A stretch of 64,000 nucleotides of DNA, taken from assembly GCF_018977255.1 (NCBI RefSeq), contig NW_024704743.1, positions 2,730,001-2,794,000 of the forward strand. The letters are read 5' to 3'. The notes below the pieces were generated by a model. That model saw only the letters and a list, made by a program, of their open reading frames with translations, searched no databases and was not told the DNA's origin. Position numbers and translations under genes: made by a program. The DNA is from Callorhinchus milii. Lineage: Eukaryota. Of the stretch, positions 53,060 through 64,000 are shown piece after piece; positions within the stretch are counted from its first letter, which is position 1, and each line of letters starts with the position of its first letter.

Positions 53060-53942
53060 CTGTTGGGATGGAGAGGAGAAATACAGCGTTAATAATAGAG
53101 TTCATTAATAGCTGGTGAACTAAAGGTCCCAACAGACCGGTCACCTTTGACCATTAAGAGGCTGCGAGCAGCAACGCATTATATTCCTGTCACACTTCAC
53201 AGTTAGTGATGAGGGAATTGGGATCAGGTGGTTCTCACAGCGAGATGAATAACCTGAATTTTATACCAATCACCCACACAATTAGGTGTAAATGGAACAG
53301 TTAAAAATGCCAAGCTACACGGGAGAAGGTTTTTGTCTGTTGGTGAGGGCGGGGGGAGGGGTAAAAAAAAACAAATTTGCAATTACTAATAGTCATGTTT
53401 CAATCCAAAATGTAGCCTGTTCTGAAAGGTTAGCTCAATGAAGGCGTCGCTTCCTGATGATTATCAATCTGCCTCCTCTCTCTCCCCAGCCAATTGCTTT
53501 ACACTGTCCTCACCTCCCTCATCACCACAGCCACCGTCCACATAAAGAGATCAGTCGGGTTCTCTGGGGGCCGGTCTTTGTTCAGGATATTTATAATGTT
53601 AAATGTTTCTGGCAGGAGAAGCAGGATAATTGTTCCATTGTTGCTCGCCCACGACAATAACAATATCAATCCCTGCATTTGATACAGTGCCTTGCACTTT
53701 GGGAGGACATCTCAAGTCGCTCCACAAGGTTTTCTGTAGGGGTTTGTACTGTATATTTCGTAGGTGGACACAGCAGCCAATTTTGCATCCAGCAAAGTCC
53801 CCCCGTCAGCCATAAAGTGAATAAACAATTCTACTTGGGGGTTTCGCCCGCATAATACATAGTCACTCCACTTTACAGTGTATCTTGTGAAGCGCTCTGA
53901 GACGCCTCGAAGACGTGAGAAGGCGCGGTATCAAATGCAAGG

Positions 53943-53974
<32 letters not shown>

Positions 53975-55329
53975 GTTGGCCAGAACACCAAGAGAAACTC
54001 CCTTCTCTTTCTGAATATTGCTGTAGGATCTTTCACATCCACCTGGACAGGTGGAGGAACAGCCTGACCTCCAGCAATGTCACGCTCCCCGCCTCCCCCC
54101 CAGCACTGTAACTGAGTGTCAGACCAGAATGGGAGCTCGAAGGCCCAATGTGGGGCTGTGACACCTTGCGATGAGCTGGAGGAACTGGAAGGTAACAAAA
54201 CCAACCTTTGCCTCCCGTCAGCTCCCCCGTCACCCCACCTCCAAAACATTCATTGTCTTCAGTGCTAATGTGGTTCTGAAACACACACCTGAGAACACAA
54301 CGAAAAATTCACGCAAGATTCAAACTATGAACAACCCCTTCCTCCCCGGGTACGGCCAGATTAATGGAGACGGATTAACATTCGAGCTGCACGTTGCTCT
54401 CGACATCTCTAAACCTCTAAGAAAAGACTGTGCGCCCTCTGAGAGTGGCCAGTAATATTGTGGCATTAAGCAGCTGGTTGACAGTCAGTCTATAAATCCT
54501 CGGCATTTCAGTCTATGATCTGCCGCCAGCGTGTCAATATCCTCGAAATGACAGGCTGGGAAAGGTCAGACTTGTGTTTGGTTTCCATGTGATCTGAATT
54601 ATCCTTTCATAAAAATTATCCTTCTACAAATGCAAGCTGTTATTGTTTTTTTTCCCTCTGAATCTTCGGTTGTTGAAGCTAGTTTGTGTTTTCTAACCTC
54701 AGGTCAAGTGGTGAAATACAAGATAAAAATAACAATAATAATCCTTGCATTTGACATAGCGCTTTTCACGAGCGCTAGATGTCTCAAGATGAAGCTACTT
54801 CGCCATTTGAGAAGATAACTAATCAAATGTGCAATAGTCAGTTGGGTCATTTAGTTCAGTCTAAGGATTCATTCAGAACTCTACAGCTCAAATCCTTCCC
54901 CGCGCACACACTCCTACACAGCCGTCAACCCTGGTCTGTGCCGGACTCCAGTGACTCCCAATCTCTCAGCGGATTTGCTTCCAACATCCTCATGCTCATT
55001 TTTCCCATCCCTTTTACAGCCTTGCTCCATTCTATCCAATGGCAGATTGCTTTTCTGGGGATAATAATCCCTTCAAAAAATATATAATAAAAAATAAATA
55101 ATAATAATTATTTGGTCACTTCAACCCACGGCTGTTTGTGGGACACTGCTGTGCGCAATTGGCTGCCGCGTTTCACCCACAAAATATAGTTAATTCACTT
55201 TACATTGTATCCTGTAAAACACTTTGAGATGTCTCGAAGACTTGATAAGGCGCTGTATCAAATGTAAGAATTATTATAAAAATGCACTGTGTAAACCAAT
55301 GTCTCCTAATCGTTCCCTTTACTCTTTTG

Positions 55330-55978
55330 ATCACATCCAAGCCATGACCCGCTCTGCCTTCCCTCACCTCCGTAACATCGCCCGACTCAACCACTACCTC
55401 TCCCCTCAGGCCGCTGAAACTCTTGTTCATGCCTTCATCATCTCCAGGCTCGACTATGCAAAAGCCCTGCTTGTTGGCCTTCCCAACTCCTCCCTCCACA
55501 CCCTGCAGATAATCCAGAACTCTGCAGCCCGTGTCCTCTCCCACACCAAACACCGTGACCCCATCTCACTCTCGCCCGACTCCACTGGCTCCCTATCGTT
55601 TAGAGGATCCAGTAGGTCCTCACCTACAAAGCCCTCCATGGCCTCGCCACACCCTACCTCTGCAACCTCCTAACCCTCTACCAACCTGCCTGTTCCCTCC
55701 GCTCAGCCGGCTCCAGCCTGCTCCACGTCCCCCGCCCCACCTGCCCCACCCGCCCCACCACTCTGGAATTCCATCCCCCAGTCACTCCGCCTCACCCCCT
55801 CCTTAGCCTCCTTCAAGTCCCACCTCTTTGACCATGCCATCAGCCACCCCCCTTCCCCTCTCCTCTCCCCCCCGACCCCAGCTCGGGCCTGAAATGCTGT
55901 CACTGTCCAGCGCCTTGGGATGTCCTCCCGACGTGAAAGCGCTATACAAATGTAATCTTGTTGTTCTTGTTGTTGATG
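55330..55978 (+). mobile_element. L2-type LINE 3' end
   Basis: TRSAFPHLRNIARLNHYLSPQAAETLVHAFIISRLDYAKALLVGLP...LQIIQNSAARVL, then UTR and (ttg)n tail. Confidence 0.9.
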
Positions 55979-56503
55979 ATAATTACCTTCAAACTACGTC
56001 CTCTAGTCACTGACTCACCAGCCTGTGGAAGTCATTTCTCCCCGTTTACATTATCAAAACCACAATGTGACAAACCTCTATCAGGAGATAGCCTCGATCT
56101 CCTCTCAACCAACACACAGATTCAAGCCCTGGGCTGTTGCTGACTTGGTTTCAGTTTGGCTTTTCGAATGAAAACCAGCCCTAGTCCCTCCAGCCCTTCC
56201 TCAAAGGTAGACCTCTTGGTAATTGACAATAATTACATGTGAAACACTCTGTAATGATTCAGAACGACAAAGCACATCACAAATGTAAGTCCTTGCTTTT
56301 TAGGTAAATGCTACTTTGTGTTGCACGTATGAATGGGTTCAAGAAGCCAAGAGATTTTGCCGATACAAAATAAGCGATGCACTTGACAGTAATTGCCTGC
56401 AAAGTGCTTCGAGGTGTTTTGCTGTTATAGGCACTGAATGAAATACAACGGTTATTAACCAGGGATTTCTACAGAGAGAATAAATTGAGGGAAGGTCAGT
56501 GGA

Positions 56504-56815
56504 GTCTCCTTGGGGCTGAACTAGCTCCAAGGTAACATGTTTGGCAGCGGAATATAAGAATCGAGCCCCCCCTCTGGTCTCTAGTCCGGTTCCTGAGCCA
56601 GGAGGGGCCGCAGTGTCCCAGGGCACTCACTGCTGATGGCAGCACAGCCCGGCCTTGACTCATCAGCAGGACCTGGAAGGGCCGACCAGTCATTGAGGGC
56701 AGGGAATCCTCCCCCTCAGCTCCTGGTAATCCTGCAGGCAAAGCCCTGATAAGGTAGGGTGGACCTAGCTGGACAAGCAGCGGGAAAGCTTGGCCGGACA
56801 GTGATATCAATCGAC
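56504..56815 (+). repeat. Unclassified dispersed repeat, copy 2, abutting the exon 9 donor
   Basis: Homologous to 4508-4716, and on the opposite strand to 7320-7350 and 7620-7660. Confidence 0.72.
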
Positions 56816-56841
56816 TCAGATTGACATTTGTCAATACTCAC

Positions 56842-57197
56842 TCTTGATCGGTCACAATGTATCCGTATAAATCGTGTTTGGCTGGAGCCACATCCAGGAA
56901 GAGAACTCCTGCCCCCAGCGAGTTCTCCTGAGCTTCCTGATACTGGGGGGGTGTGAGATACATCCCAGTCTGTTGTCTGTAATTTCCCAGCTCCTCTTCC
57001 AACAAACCTAGCTCAGGGATGGTCTCTGGGGGCCTGGAGGCCAGGGCCCTGGTCATGGTGTTGCTCTTCACATTTTCTACCCCAAACGTTCCTTTTGATG
57101 AGAATCCGGTGGGAGCTCTGGCCTTTTTGTCTGGGTTTTTGTTGGCCTCGAACTCAAGTTCCAGCCTCCCACCAACTTCTGCTTTGTGAGGGCGACC
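56842..57197 (-). CDS. PTPRN2: PTPRN2-like exon (~exon 9), pro-region end and start of the SEA-like mature ectodomain
   Basis: Acceptor ttttaatttcag| and donor |gtgagt. 356 nt, phase 0 to phase 2. Contains KK...GVENVKS and ends in YGYIVTDQ, both typical IA-2/phogrin motifs. Confidence 0.92.
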
Positions 57198-57317
57198 CTG
57201 AAATTAAAAGGATTGATCTGAGAAACTCAATAAAAGGATTCCATATGGCCATTGTCTGGAGTTCCACTGAACAGCACCAAAAGGGAAACCTTTCTGAAGC
57301 TGTCCATCACTACAATT

Positions 57318-57765
57318 GGATTTTGACCCGAGGTGTAGGGGCAGTGTGGGGGGTTGGGGTAAGGGAGGGGTGAAGGGAGGGGAGGGTGGGGGTAGGAGGG
57401 TGGCCGAAGGTGCGGTCGAAGAGGAGGGTTTTGAGCCATGCCTTGAAGTAGGCAAGGGAGGGAGCGAGGCGAAGGGACTGTGGGATGGAGTTCCAGATGG
57501 TGGGGGCAGAGAGGCTGAAGGTTGATGGTGCAGTGGATGGGATAATAAGGTCACGGAGCCTGGTGAGGGAGAGAACACGAGCTGCAGAGTTCTGGATGAT
57601 CTGCAGCCTGTGTAGGGAAGAGTTGGGGAGGCCGACAAACAGGGAGTTGGCGTAGTTGAGCCTAAATGTGATAAACGCGGGGATGAGGGTGTCGGTGGCC
57701 TGAGGTGAGAGGCAGTGGCGGAGCCGAGCGATGTTGCGGAGGTGGGGGAAGGCAGAGTGGGCCAA
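57318..57765 (-). mobile_element. L2-type LINE 3' fragment
   Basis: SAFPHLRNIARLRHCLSPQATDTLIPAFITFRLNYANSL...WNSIPQSLR...FKAWLKTLLF. Confidence 0.9.
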
Positions 57766-57953
57766 AAGGAGTAAACTATAGGGGAAAGGACAGGTAATTG
57801 AGATTGCTATATAAAATAACCAGCATCGACACCAACGGCCGAATGGCCTTGTACTGTGCTGTAACTCCCAACTCCTCAAGCCCCCAACCCCCTTTGAGGT
57901 ATCCCTGACTTGAAAAGGCGTTGCATTAAAGTAACTCATTTTATTTTACAAAC

Positions 57954-57994
57954 CTCTTCAACTACATCTTTATATTCCTCCTGGCGTTGTCTTT
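57954..57994 (-). CDS. PTPRN2: PTPRN2-like 41-nt micro-exon (~exon 8)
   Basis: Acceptor ccctttgtgtcaacag| and donor |gtttgt. Phase 1 to phase 0, which is exactly what bridges the flanking exons. Encodes (E)RQRQEEYKDVVEE. This reading frame is not in the ORF track. Confidence 0.8.
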
Positions 57995-58589
57995 CTGTTG
58001 ACACAAAGGGAAACATGGAATATTAGTCACATTCAGAAACGTACAAGAAATGCTGCTGGAGGCCATTGGGTCCATTATTCCCAGTTGTGGTGTTTGTTGG
58101 AGAAGGGAATGGGAGGAACTAATGGGTCTGAGGAGATTCTCAAGGCGTATAAACACCGGCACAGGCTGGTTAGGCAGAATGGCCTGTTTCCGTGATGTAC
58201 AAGTAGCCATCCTTCCTAACCTTTCCTAATCCCAATTCCCTGCTTGATGTATTCGCTGTAATAATCGTATAAAATCCGATTTAATCAATAATCTACACTG
58301 CACAAGCATAATTCAATGCAGCCGGTAAGTGCAACAAGACAAACATTTCCCGCGATTCACAGCACTTTGGGGCATCCTCCCGACATGAGAGGCATTAACA
58401 CAAATGTAATTTGTTGTTGTTGTTGTCTTGCACACTAACCGGCAAGCACAGGAATGCCACTGAATCGTGGGAAATGAAGTTCTTCTGCCCAAGCGTCAAT
58501 GGAACAAGACAAAGATTCCTGTGATTTATTGCAAACGGCGTAAGTGCACATAGGTCCACGGGTCAGGACACCGCGATTGAAGAGAAACG

Positions 58590-58740
58590 GTGACTACAGG
58601 AGTGATGGACAGTAACTGTAGGAGTGATGGACAGTAACTATACGAGTGATGGACAGTAACTATACGAGTGATGGACAGTGACTGTAGGAGTGATGGACAG
58701 TGACTGTAGGAGTGATGGACAGTGACTGTAGAGTGATGGA
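58590..58740. repeat. Minisatellite, 22-bp unit gtgactgtaggagtgatggaca, about 7 copies
   Basis: Direct inspection. Confidence 0.92.
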
Positions 58741-58940
58741 GGTCAGAGGAGTGGCGAGTTGTGGTGATAAGTACGACCAGTGGAAAAAAATTGCTGTGGT
58801 TTTGATGGGAAACTCAATGGGACTTTTGTGACCGCACGACTTTGGTGATTGTACGATATATAAAGGTAAGATTTATGTGAGTTTCACCGTGTTACAATTA
58901 CCTCAGGAAAACAGAGCGTTAAAGTGTGTTTTAAGCTGAC

Positions 58941-59156
58941 CTGGGAAAGCCTGGTTTCTGATGTGGCTTTGCTCAGGATTGTAGCCGACTTTGTTCACTT
59001 CAGACTCTTGTTTCCTTTCGTCTCCTTCGTCCTCGTCCACCACCTGCAGAGCCTCGGCTATGACGCTGGAAAGTTGGTCCAGCTGTTGTGTTGACAGGCC
59101 GTCCACATTGACGTGCTGGTTCCCCAGCTTCTGCACCACCGACTCAATGAAGTTCT
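58941..59156 (-). CDS. PTPRN2: PTPRN2-like exon (~exon 7)
   Basis: Acceptor ctctgcccggtag| and donor |gtcagc. 216 nt, phase 1 to phase 1. Encodes (E)NFIESVVQKLGNQHVNVDGLSTQQLDQLSSVIAEALQVVDEDEG...NQAFP. Confidence 0.88.
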
Positions 59157-59774
59157 CTACCGGGCAGAGACAGGCGGAGGTGAGCGCGTACACCGAGATC
59201 ACCAATGCACTCTGTGCTGTCATACATTACAATTTCGCCCACAAAATGCACAGTCACTCCACTTTACAGTACATTCTGTGAAGCGCTTTGAGACGTCTTC
59301 AACCACATGATAAGACGCTGTAGCAAACGCACGGATTATTATTATTATATATAACGTTTTTCACATCAGGAGGATGTTCAAATCGCTTGACAATACTGGC
59401 CAGGGGGCCTGGCGGGGGGTTGGGGAGGGGAAAGACAACTGAATGCTCCATCTGAGGGAGGGAGTGATTCTGAGAGTGAGGGCAAAAATAATAATAATAA
59501 TAATAATAAAACAATATACTTACCCTCTATATCCCCCATCACCGCACCCTCACCAGCCTCCTCTGGCTCCCTATCACGCACTAAACACTGTATCTCATCA
59601 CCCCAGCCCTCGCCAGCCTCCTCTGGTTCCCTGTCACAGAACGGATGGACTTCAAGCTCCTCTCACTCATCTACAAATCCCTTCACACCCTGGCCCCTCC
59701 CTATCTAGAGGTTCAGGTGATGAACACCTTCAGCCCATTTGATCTCATCCTTCCACTAATGTACAATAATAACA

Positions 59775-60082
59775 TGGAGTCCTGTAGCTCAGTGGTTAGA
59801 GCACTCGCCTTGTAAGCGAGACACTGGGTTCAATTCCAGGCAGGGCGACACCTTGGGCAAGTTTCCTTACTCCACACAGAGCCTAATAATGATCCCTCCA
59901 AAACAAAACAATAATAAATTGGTCATTTTTAATCCACGGTTGTTTGTGGGGACGCTGCTGTGCGCAATTGACTGCTGTGTTTTGCCCACAAATATACAGT
60001 CAATTCACTTTACAGCATATTCTAGAACACATGAAAAGCGCTATATCAAATGCGAGGATTATTATTATTATTATTATTATAT
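59775..60082 (+). mobile_element. Family A SINE, A2-like
   Basis: Head, cacagagcctaataat junction, Deu core and long (tta)n tail. Confidence 0.85.
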
Positions 60083-60476
60083 TACCTCTCTGACCTGCTT
60101 ACTCCCTACTGCTCGACTGGCTCTGGCCTCCTATTTGTCCCTCGTCCCCTCCGCTCCACCATCGGCAACTGTCATTTCAGCCACTACACTACATCCCGAA
60201 ATGCTGTCCCTCTCTCCCTCAATCCTTGCAACTCTCCCCCTCACTCCCCACATTCAGATCACACCTGAAGCCCTTCCTCCTCGATCGTCCCTACGGTCCC
60301 TCCCCCCGGCTCAGAGTCAGAATCCACCACCACCTGCTAATCGCTCCGAGACCCTTCCCCATGTGGAGGCACAACATGAATGCAAGTTACCATAATACGA
60401 GGATTACTATTGTTATTAATAATAAATATTATTTTTATGAATGTTTGCAATTGAACAGCCCAGTGTTTCCTCGTAC

Positions 60477-60908
60477 CGTCCAGGTGACTTAGAGGGTCTC
60501 TGGCGCTGGCCTTGACAGGCGGGGCCTTGTACCGTAGTCCCTCCTGTTGGTCTGCAGTCAGTTTGCTGCCCAAGTCCTGCTGGTCTGGGTGGTCAGGATC
60601 CTTGGAGGGAAGCGGAGAGATCCTGCTCCCTGCACATCTAACTTTCCCGGCTCAACATCATATGTGTCAGTCTCCAGGGCTCCTTGCTGCCGTGACAGAT
60701 ACTCCTCGAGCTGCGCGATCAGCCCTGTGTTGGGGGGCACGGCGTGATGTGGTTGAGGCAAGGGGCTTCTCTCCGGCTGTAACTGGCTGTAGGTCCTGGG
60801 CTGAGGAGGCTCACTGTCCGGCCGACTGTTGTAAAACGCTGCTGAGCTTCTCCCCTTGTTTCTCTGCAGCAGCTCATCCCAGAAAGGCCCCAGGTCAGTG
60901 CTATCGCT
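60477..60908 (-). CDS. PTPRN2: PTPRN2-like exon (~exon 6) with an apparent internal 1-nt frameshift
   Basis: Acceptor ttttcccggcag| and donor |gtacga. The 5' frame reads SDSTDLGPFWDELLQ...GSLRFP and stops at 60558-60560. The 3' frame reads ...KDPDHPDQQDLGSKL...ARDPLSHLD and ends in phase 1, as the next exon requires. Length is 432 nt, but 3n+1 is needed. Confidence 0.75.
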
Positions 60909-60979
60909 CTGCCGGGAAAACACACAGTTCATGGGCTCTGCCGATTGGGAATACTTTGCCCAGCTCAGGAGATCAATAT

Positions 60980-61328
60980 ACCACTCACTGACCTGTCCTC
61001 TCCCTCCACTCAGAAGGCTCTGGTCGGCTCTACATCACCCACCCAGCCCGTCACACCATCAGGGGTCAGGCCTTCAGTCTCTCTGCCCCCACCTTTGGGA
61101 AATCCATCCCACCTTCCCTTCGCCTCGCCCCATCCCTCGCCCCCTCCCTCTCCTCCTTCAAAACTCCCTACGACCGCGACTTCGGTCACCCTCCTATCCC
61201 TACCCTCCCCGTCCTCCACCCCTCCTGATCCAACCCCCAGCTCGGGTCCAAATCCCTGACTGTCCAGCGCCTTGGGACGTCCTCCTGACATGAAAGGCTT
61301 GTGTAAATGTCATGTGTTGTTGTTGTTA
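60980..61328 (+). mobile_element. L2-type LINE 3' end filling most of the 528-nt intron
   Basis: C/T-rich UTR and cagcgccttgggacgtcctcctgacatgaaagg tail. Confidence 0.8.
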
Positions 61329-61436
61329 TTGACGTACAGTACAGTCCCATTGTAACATGGTGGTGGTTGGGGTTTAGAACAGGGTTTGGTCACTTGTCAT
61401 TGTGTAAGTTTAAGGAATCGGAGCCGAGGCACAAAC

Positions 61437-61593
61437 CTTGACGGTTCGGGTCTTGTGAAATGGAGCTGGATTTGCGGGCTGGGATAGAGCTGTCAGAAGC
61501 TGGAAGTAATGGTGCAGAGACTTAAACCCTCGCAGGTCAGTCTCATCCTCCCTTTCATCACGTTCCTTACTGTTGACCCTCTGGGTAGTGATC
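61437..61593 (-). CDS. PTPRN2: PTPRN2-like exon (~exon 5)
   Basis: Acceptor gttttcag| and donor |gtttgt. 157 nt, phase 2 to phase 0, matching both neighbours. Encodes (R)ITTQRVNSKERDEREDETDLRGFKSLHHYFQLLTALSQPANPAPFHKTRTVK. Confidence 0.85.
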
Positions 61594-62337
61594 CTGAAAA
61601 CATAGACACGCAAACCTGGCAGAATAACACTCAAAGCCACCAGAGATATCGCAAACTGCAATGGGGTTAGATACAGAGTCAAGAGCATTACACAAAACAT
61701 CAGCCCCTCTAGCCTGTTCCACATGTTTATTAGACCTTGGCAGATCTTTTTATCCCAATGCCGCGCCCTTTCCTCGTATTCCCTGTCTTATAGTCAACCG
61801 GGTGTCTGACCCTGAAGGAGACCCATTATTAATGTTTAAGTCTATCAAAACCAGCTGAGGTGCTCCTCACATCACACCTACACATGGAAATTCATACGCA
61901 TTGGAATGTGCTCTCTCTCTCTGGAGGGACACACCCCGTTTACCTAATTCCAGAAAGTATTAGGCACAGGTTGGCAAGAGCCAAGGCTGGGGACCCCAGA
62001 GTTGCATTGGGGTAACTGCTGGAGTCTACCCAAATATCTCTATTAATCAAGAATCTGTCTCTCTTTTAAACGTCTTTGTTGATTCTGGCTCGATAGCTTT
62101 TTTGGGGCCAAAGTGTTCCCCATGTTCACAGACTGTGTGTGAAGAAATGCTTGCTGACCCTCGGACTGGGGATGAAACAATTAACTAAAGGGTCAGGAAT
62201 CCTCAAGGACTTGGCTACAGGAGAATGACTGAAGAGAGAGACAGTGGAAACATTTTATCTCAATGTGACTTTAACAGAAGCGTCTCATTCAAAGGCTGGA
62301 GTCTCACAGCTGGGATTCAATATATTTTTTATAATAT

Positions 62338-62636
62338 TTAATGTTATTATCATGCTAGTGTGTACCTGACATGTTATCAGTGTGATCTAACATGTTATCA
62401 GTGTGTACATGACGTGTAATCAGTGTGTACATGACATGTGTCAGTGTGTACGTGACGTGTTGTCAGTGTGTACCTGACATGGTGTCAGTGTGTACCTGAC
62501 ATGTTATCAGTGTGTACCTGACATGTTATCAGTGTGTACATGACATGTTATCAGTGTGTACATGACATGTGTCAGTGTATATGTGACGTGTTGTCAGTAT
62601 ATACCTGACATGTTATCAGTGTGTACCTGACGTGTT
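62338..62636. repeat. Minisatellite, ~22-bp unit acatgttatcagtgtgtacctg, about 13 copies
   Basis: Direct inspection. Confidence 0.92.
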
Positions 62637-63363
62637 CTCCAGCTAAGTGCACTCTACCCATTGGGCCTTTGTTTGCAGGGTCACCAAGGATTTGCTGTGG
62701 GTTATGGACCAGGCGACATTCCACTTGGTGTGGATGGAATTCTCAGTCTGGTTTGGATGGGATTCCTGACGTGTCAGACCAGCTGAACCGAATGTGTGGG
62801 ATTGTTGCCGAGGACAGGACACGGGGAGAGAGCAACTCCCTTCTATTTCCCATTATCGCCGCTGGATCTTTGGCGTGGACCTGAATAGGCAGACGGGACC
62901 TCGGTTTGATCTGAAGGATGGCACCTCCGGTGATGAACTCCCACCCTCCCACCCCCGCAGGGCATGGAAGGGTCAGCTCCAACTCCCGACCTGGGAGGGT
63001 CAGCTCCAACTCCCCCCCCCTCTCGACTCTCTTCCCCCTCCTCGCTCCCTCCCTTCCCTCCCCTCACCCTGACCATTTCCCCCTCTTTGCTCCCTCCCTT
63101 CCCTCCCCTCACCCTGACCATTTCCCCCCTGCTCGGGTCATGACCCAACTGTGCAGCGCCTTGGGACGTCCTCCTGACGTGAAAGGCGCTTTATAAATGG
63201 AATCTTGTTGTTGTTCTTGTTGTTGGGGCTCGAGCCCCAATCACCTGACTCTGAAGTGAGAGGCTCCCCACAAGGTGCTGCTATTTCCCCACCCTTGCCC
63301 AGGAAATGGTGGATGGCTGAGCTCACATCAAACCCAGCACTGACCGGACACCTCGAGTCTCAC

Positions 63364-63481
63364 CTGGGGCCAGTGGAGCTGTCGCTGGAGATGCCTTTAT
63401 GCCGCAGTAAGTGGATCCACTGCAGGTGTGACAGTTCGGCAGCGACTACTTGCTGAGTGGTGTCATCTCGCCAGCTCAGGC
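63364..63481 (-). CDS. PTPRN2: PTPRN2-like exon (~exon 4), RESP18-homology region
   Basis: Acceptor gtgacag| and donor |gtgaga. 118 nt, phase 1 to phase 2. Encodes (G)LSWRDDTTQQVVAAELSHLQWIHLLRHKGISSDSSTGP(R), similar to the GxxWxDDxTQ motif of IA-2/phogrin. Confidence 0.88.
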
Positions 63482-63603
63482 CTGTCACAACACAAGGTGC
63501 AGCTGAACACAAACTGCAATTGGCCCCATATCCTTCTCCTCTCGTCTCAAACACACCAGAAATGCATTCGGACACCGTTGCAAACTGACTGTGAAAGGCG
63601 CTT

Positions 63604-63928
63604 TGTGGAGTCCTGGAGCTCAGTGGTTAGACGCTCGCCTCGCAAGCGGGAGACCTGGGTTCGATTCCCGGCAGGTCAGGGCGAAATGTTGGGCAGGTTT
63701 TCTTACTCCACATGCATATGCCTGATAATAATCCCTCAAGAAAAAAACGCAATAATAATTTGGTCACTCAATCCATGGCTGTTTGTGGGGACGCTGCTGT
63801 GCGTAATTGGCTGCCACGTTTTGTCCACAAAATAAATAGTCAATTCACTTTACAGTATATTCTGTGAAGCGCTTTGAGACGCCTCGAAGACATGAAAAAT
63901 ACTATATCAAATGCAAAGATTATTATTA
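63604..63928 (+). mobile_element. Family A SINE
   Basis: A-box and B-box head with CGC anticodon loop, Deu core and tail. Confidence 0.87.
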
Positions 63929-64000
63929 CATATGTACCAAATTATAATTATTATTTTAATTTTGTCTCCTGTTGGTGTGACATCATTTCAAAACGAGGTC

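Noticed and set aside
57310..57939. 209-aa ORF, the longest in the track
   Set aside because: It is an L2 ORF2 C-terminal remnant fused to flanking sequence, not a host gene.
58590..58740. Regular 22-bp repeats (also 62338-62636) resembling a CRISPR array
   Set aside because: The units are contiguous with no unique spacers, there are no cas genes, and the context is a vertebrate intron. They are ordinary minisatellites.
1..64000. A novel multi-gene biological system
   Set aside because: All coding signal is explained by one intron-rich PTPRN2-like gene plus retroelement debris.

Overview
This is eukaryotic, repeat-dense genomic DNA. The repeat content (tRNA-headed Deu-domain SINEs, SacSINE1/AmnSINE-like SINEs, L2 and CR1 LINE fragments) points to a cartilaginous fish, probably a chimaera; this is an inference. 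The whole window lies inside one gene on the minus strand, a PTPRN2 (phogrin/IA-2beta) homolog. I assembled nine GT-AG exons by hand, equivalent to about exons 4-12, covering the RESP18-like region, pro-region and SEA-like mature ectodomain. Splice phases chain correctly except in the 432-nt exon at 60477-60908, which carries an apparent 1-nt frameshift. The rest is intronic: about 30 SINE copies, LINE fragments, minisatellites and several repeat-free AT-rich blocks that could be conserved non-coding elements. Almost all ORFs in the track are repeat-derived noise. I found no convincing new multi-gene system. The most interesting signals are the exon frameshift, a fold-back Penelope-like insertion with a degenerate hammerhead core, repeated insertions into one short SINE motif (including a nested head-to-head SINE pair), a SINE subfamily whose tail matches a local L2, and an unclassified dispersed repeat with a conserved hairpin.
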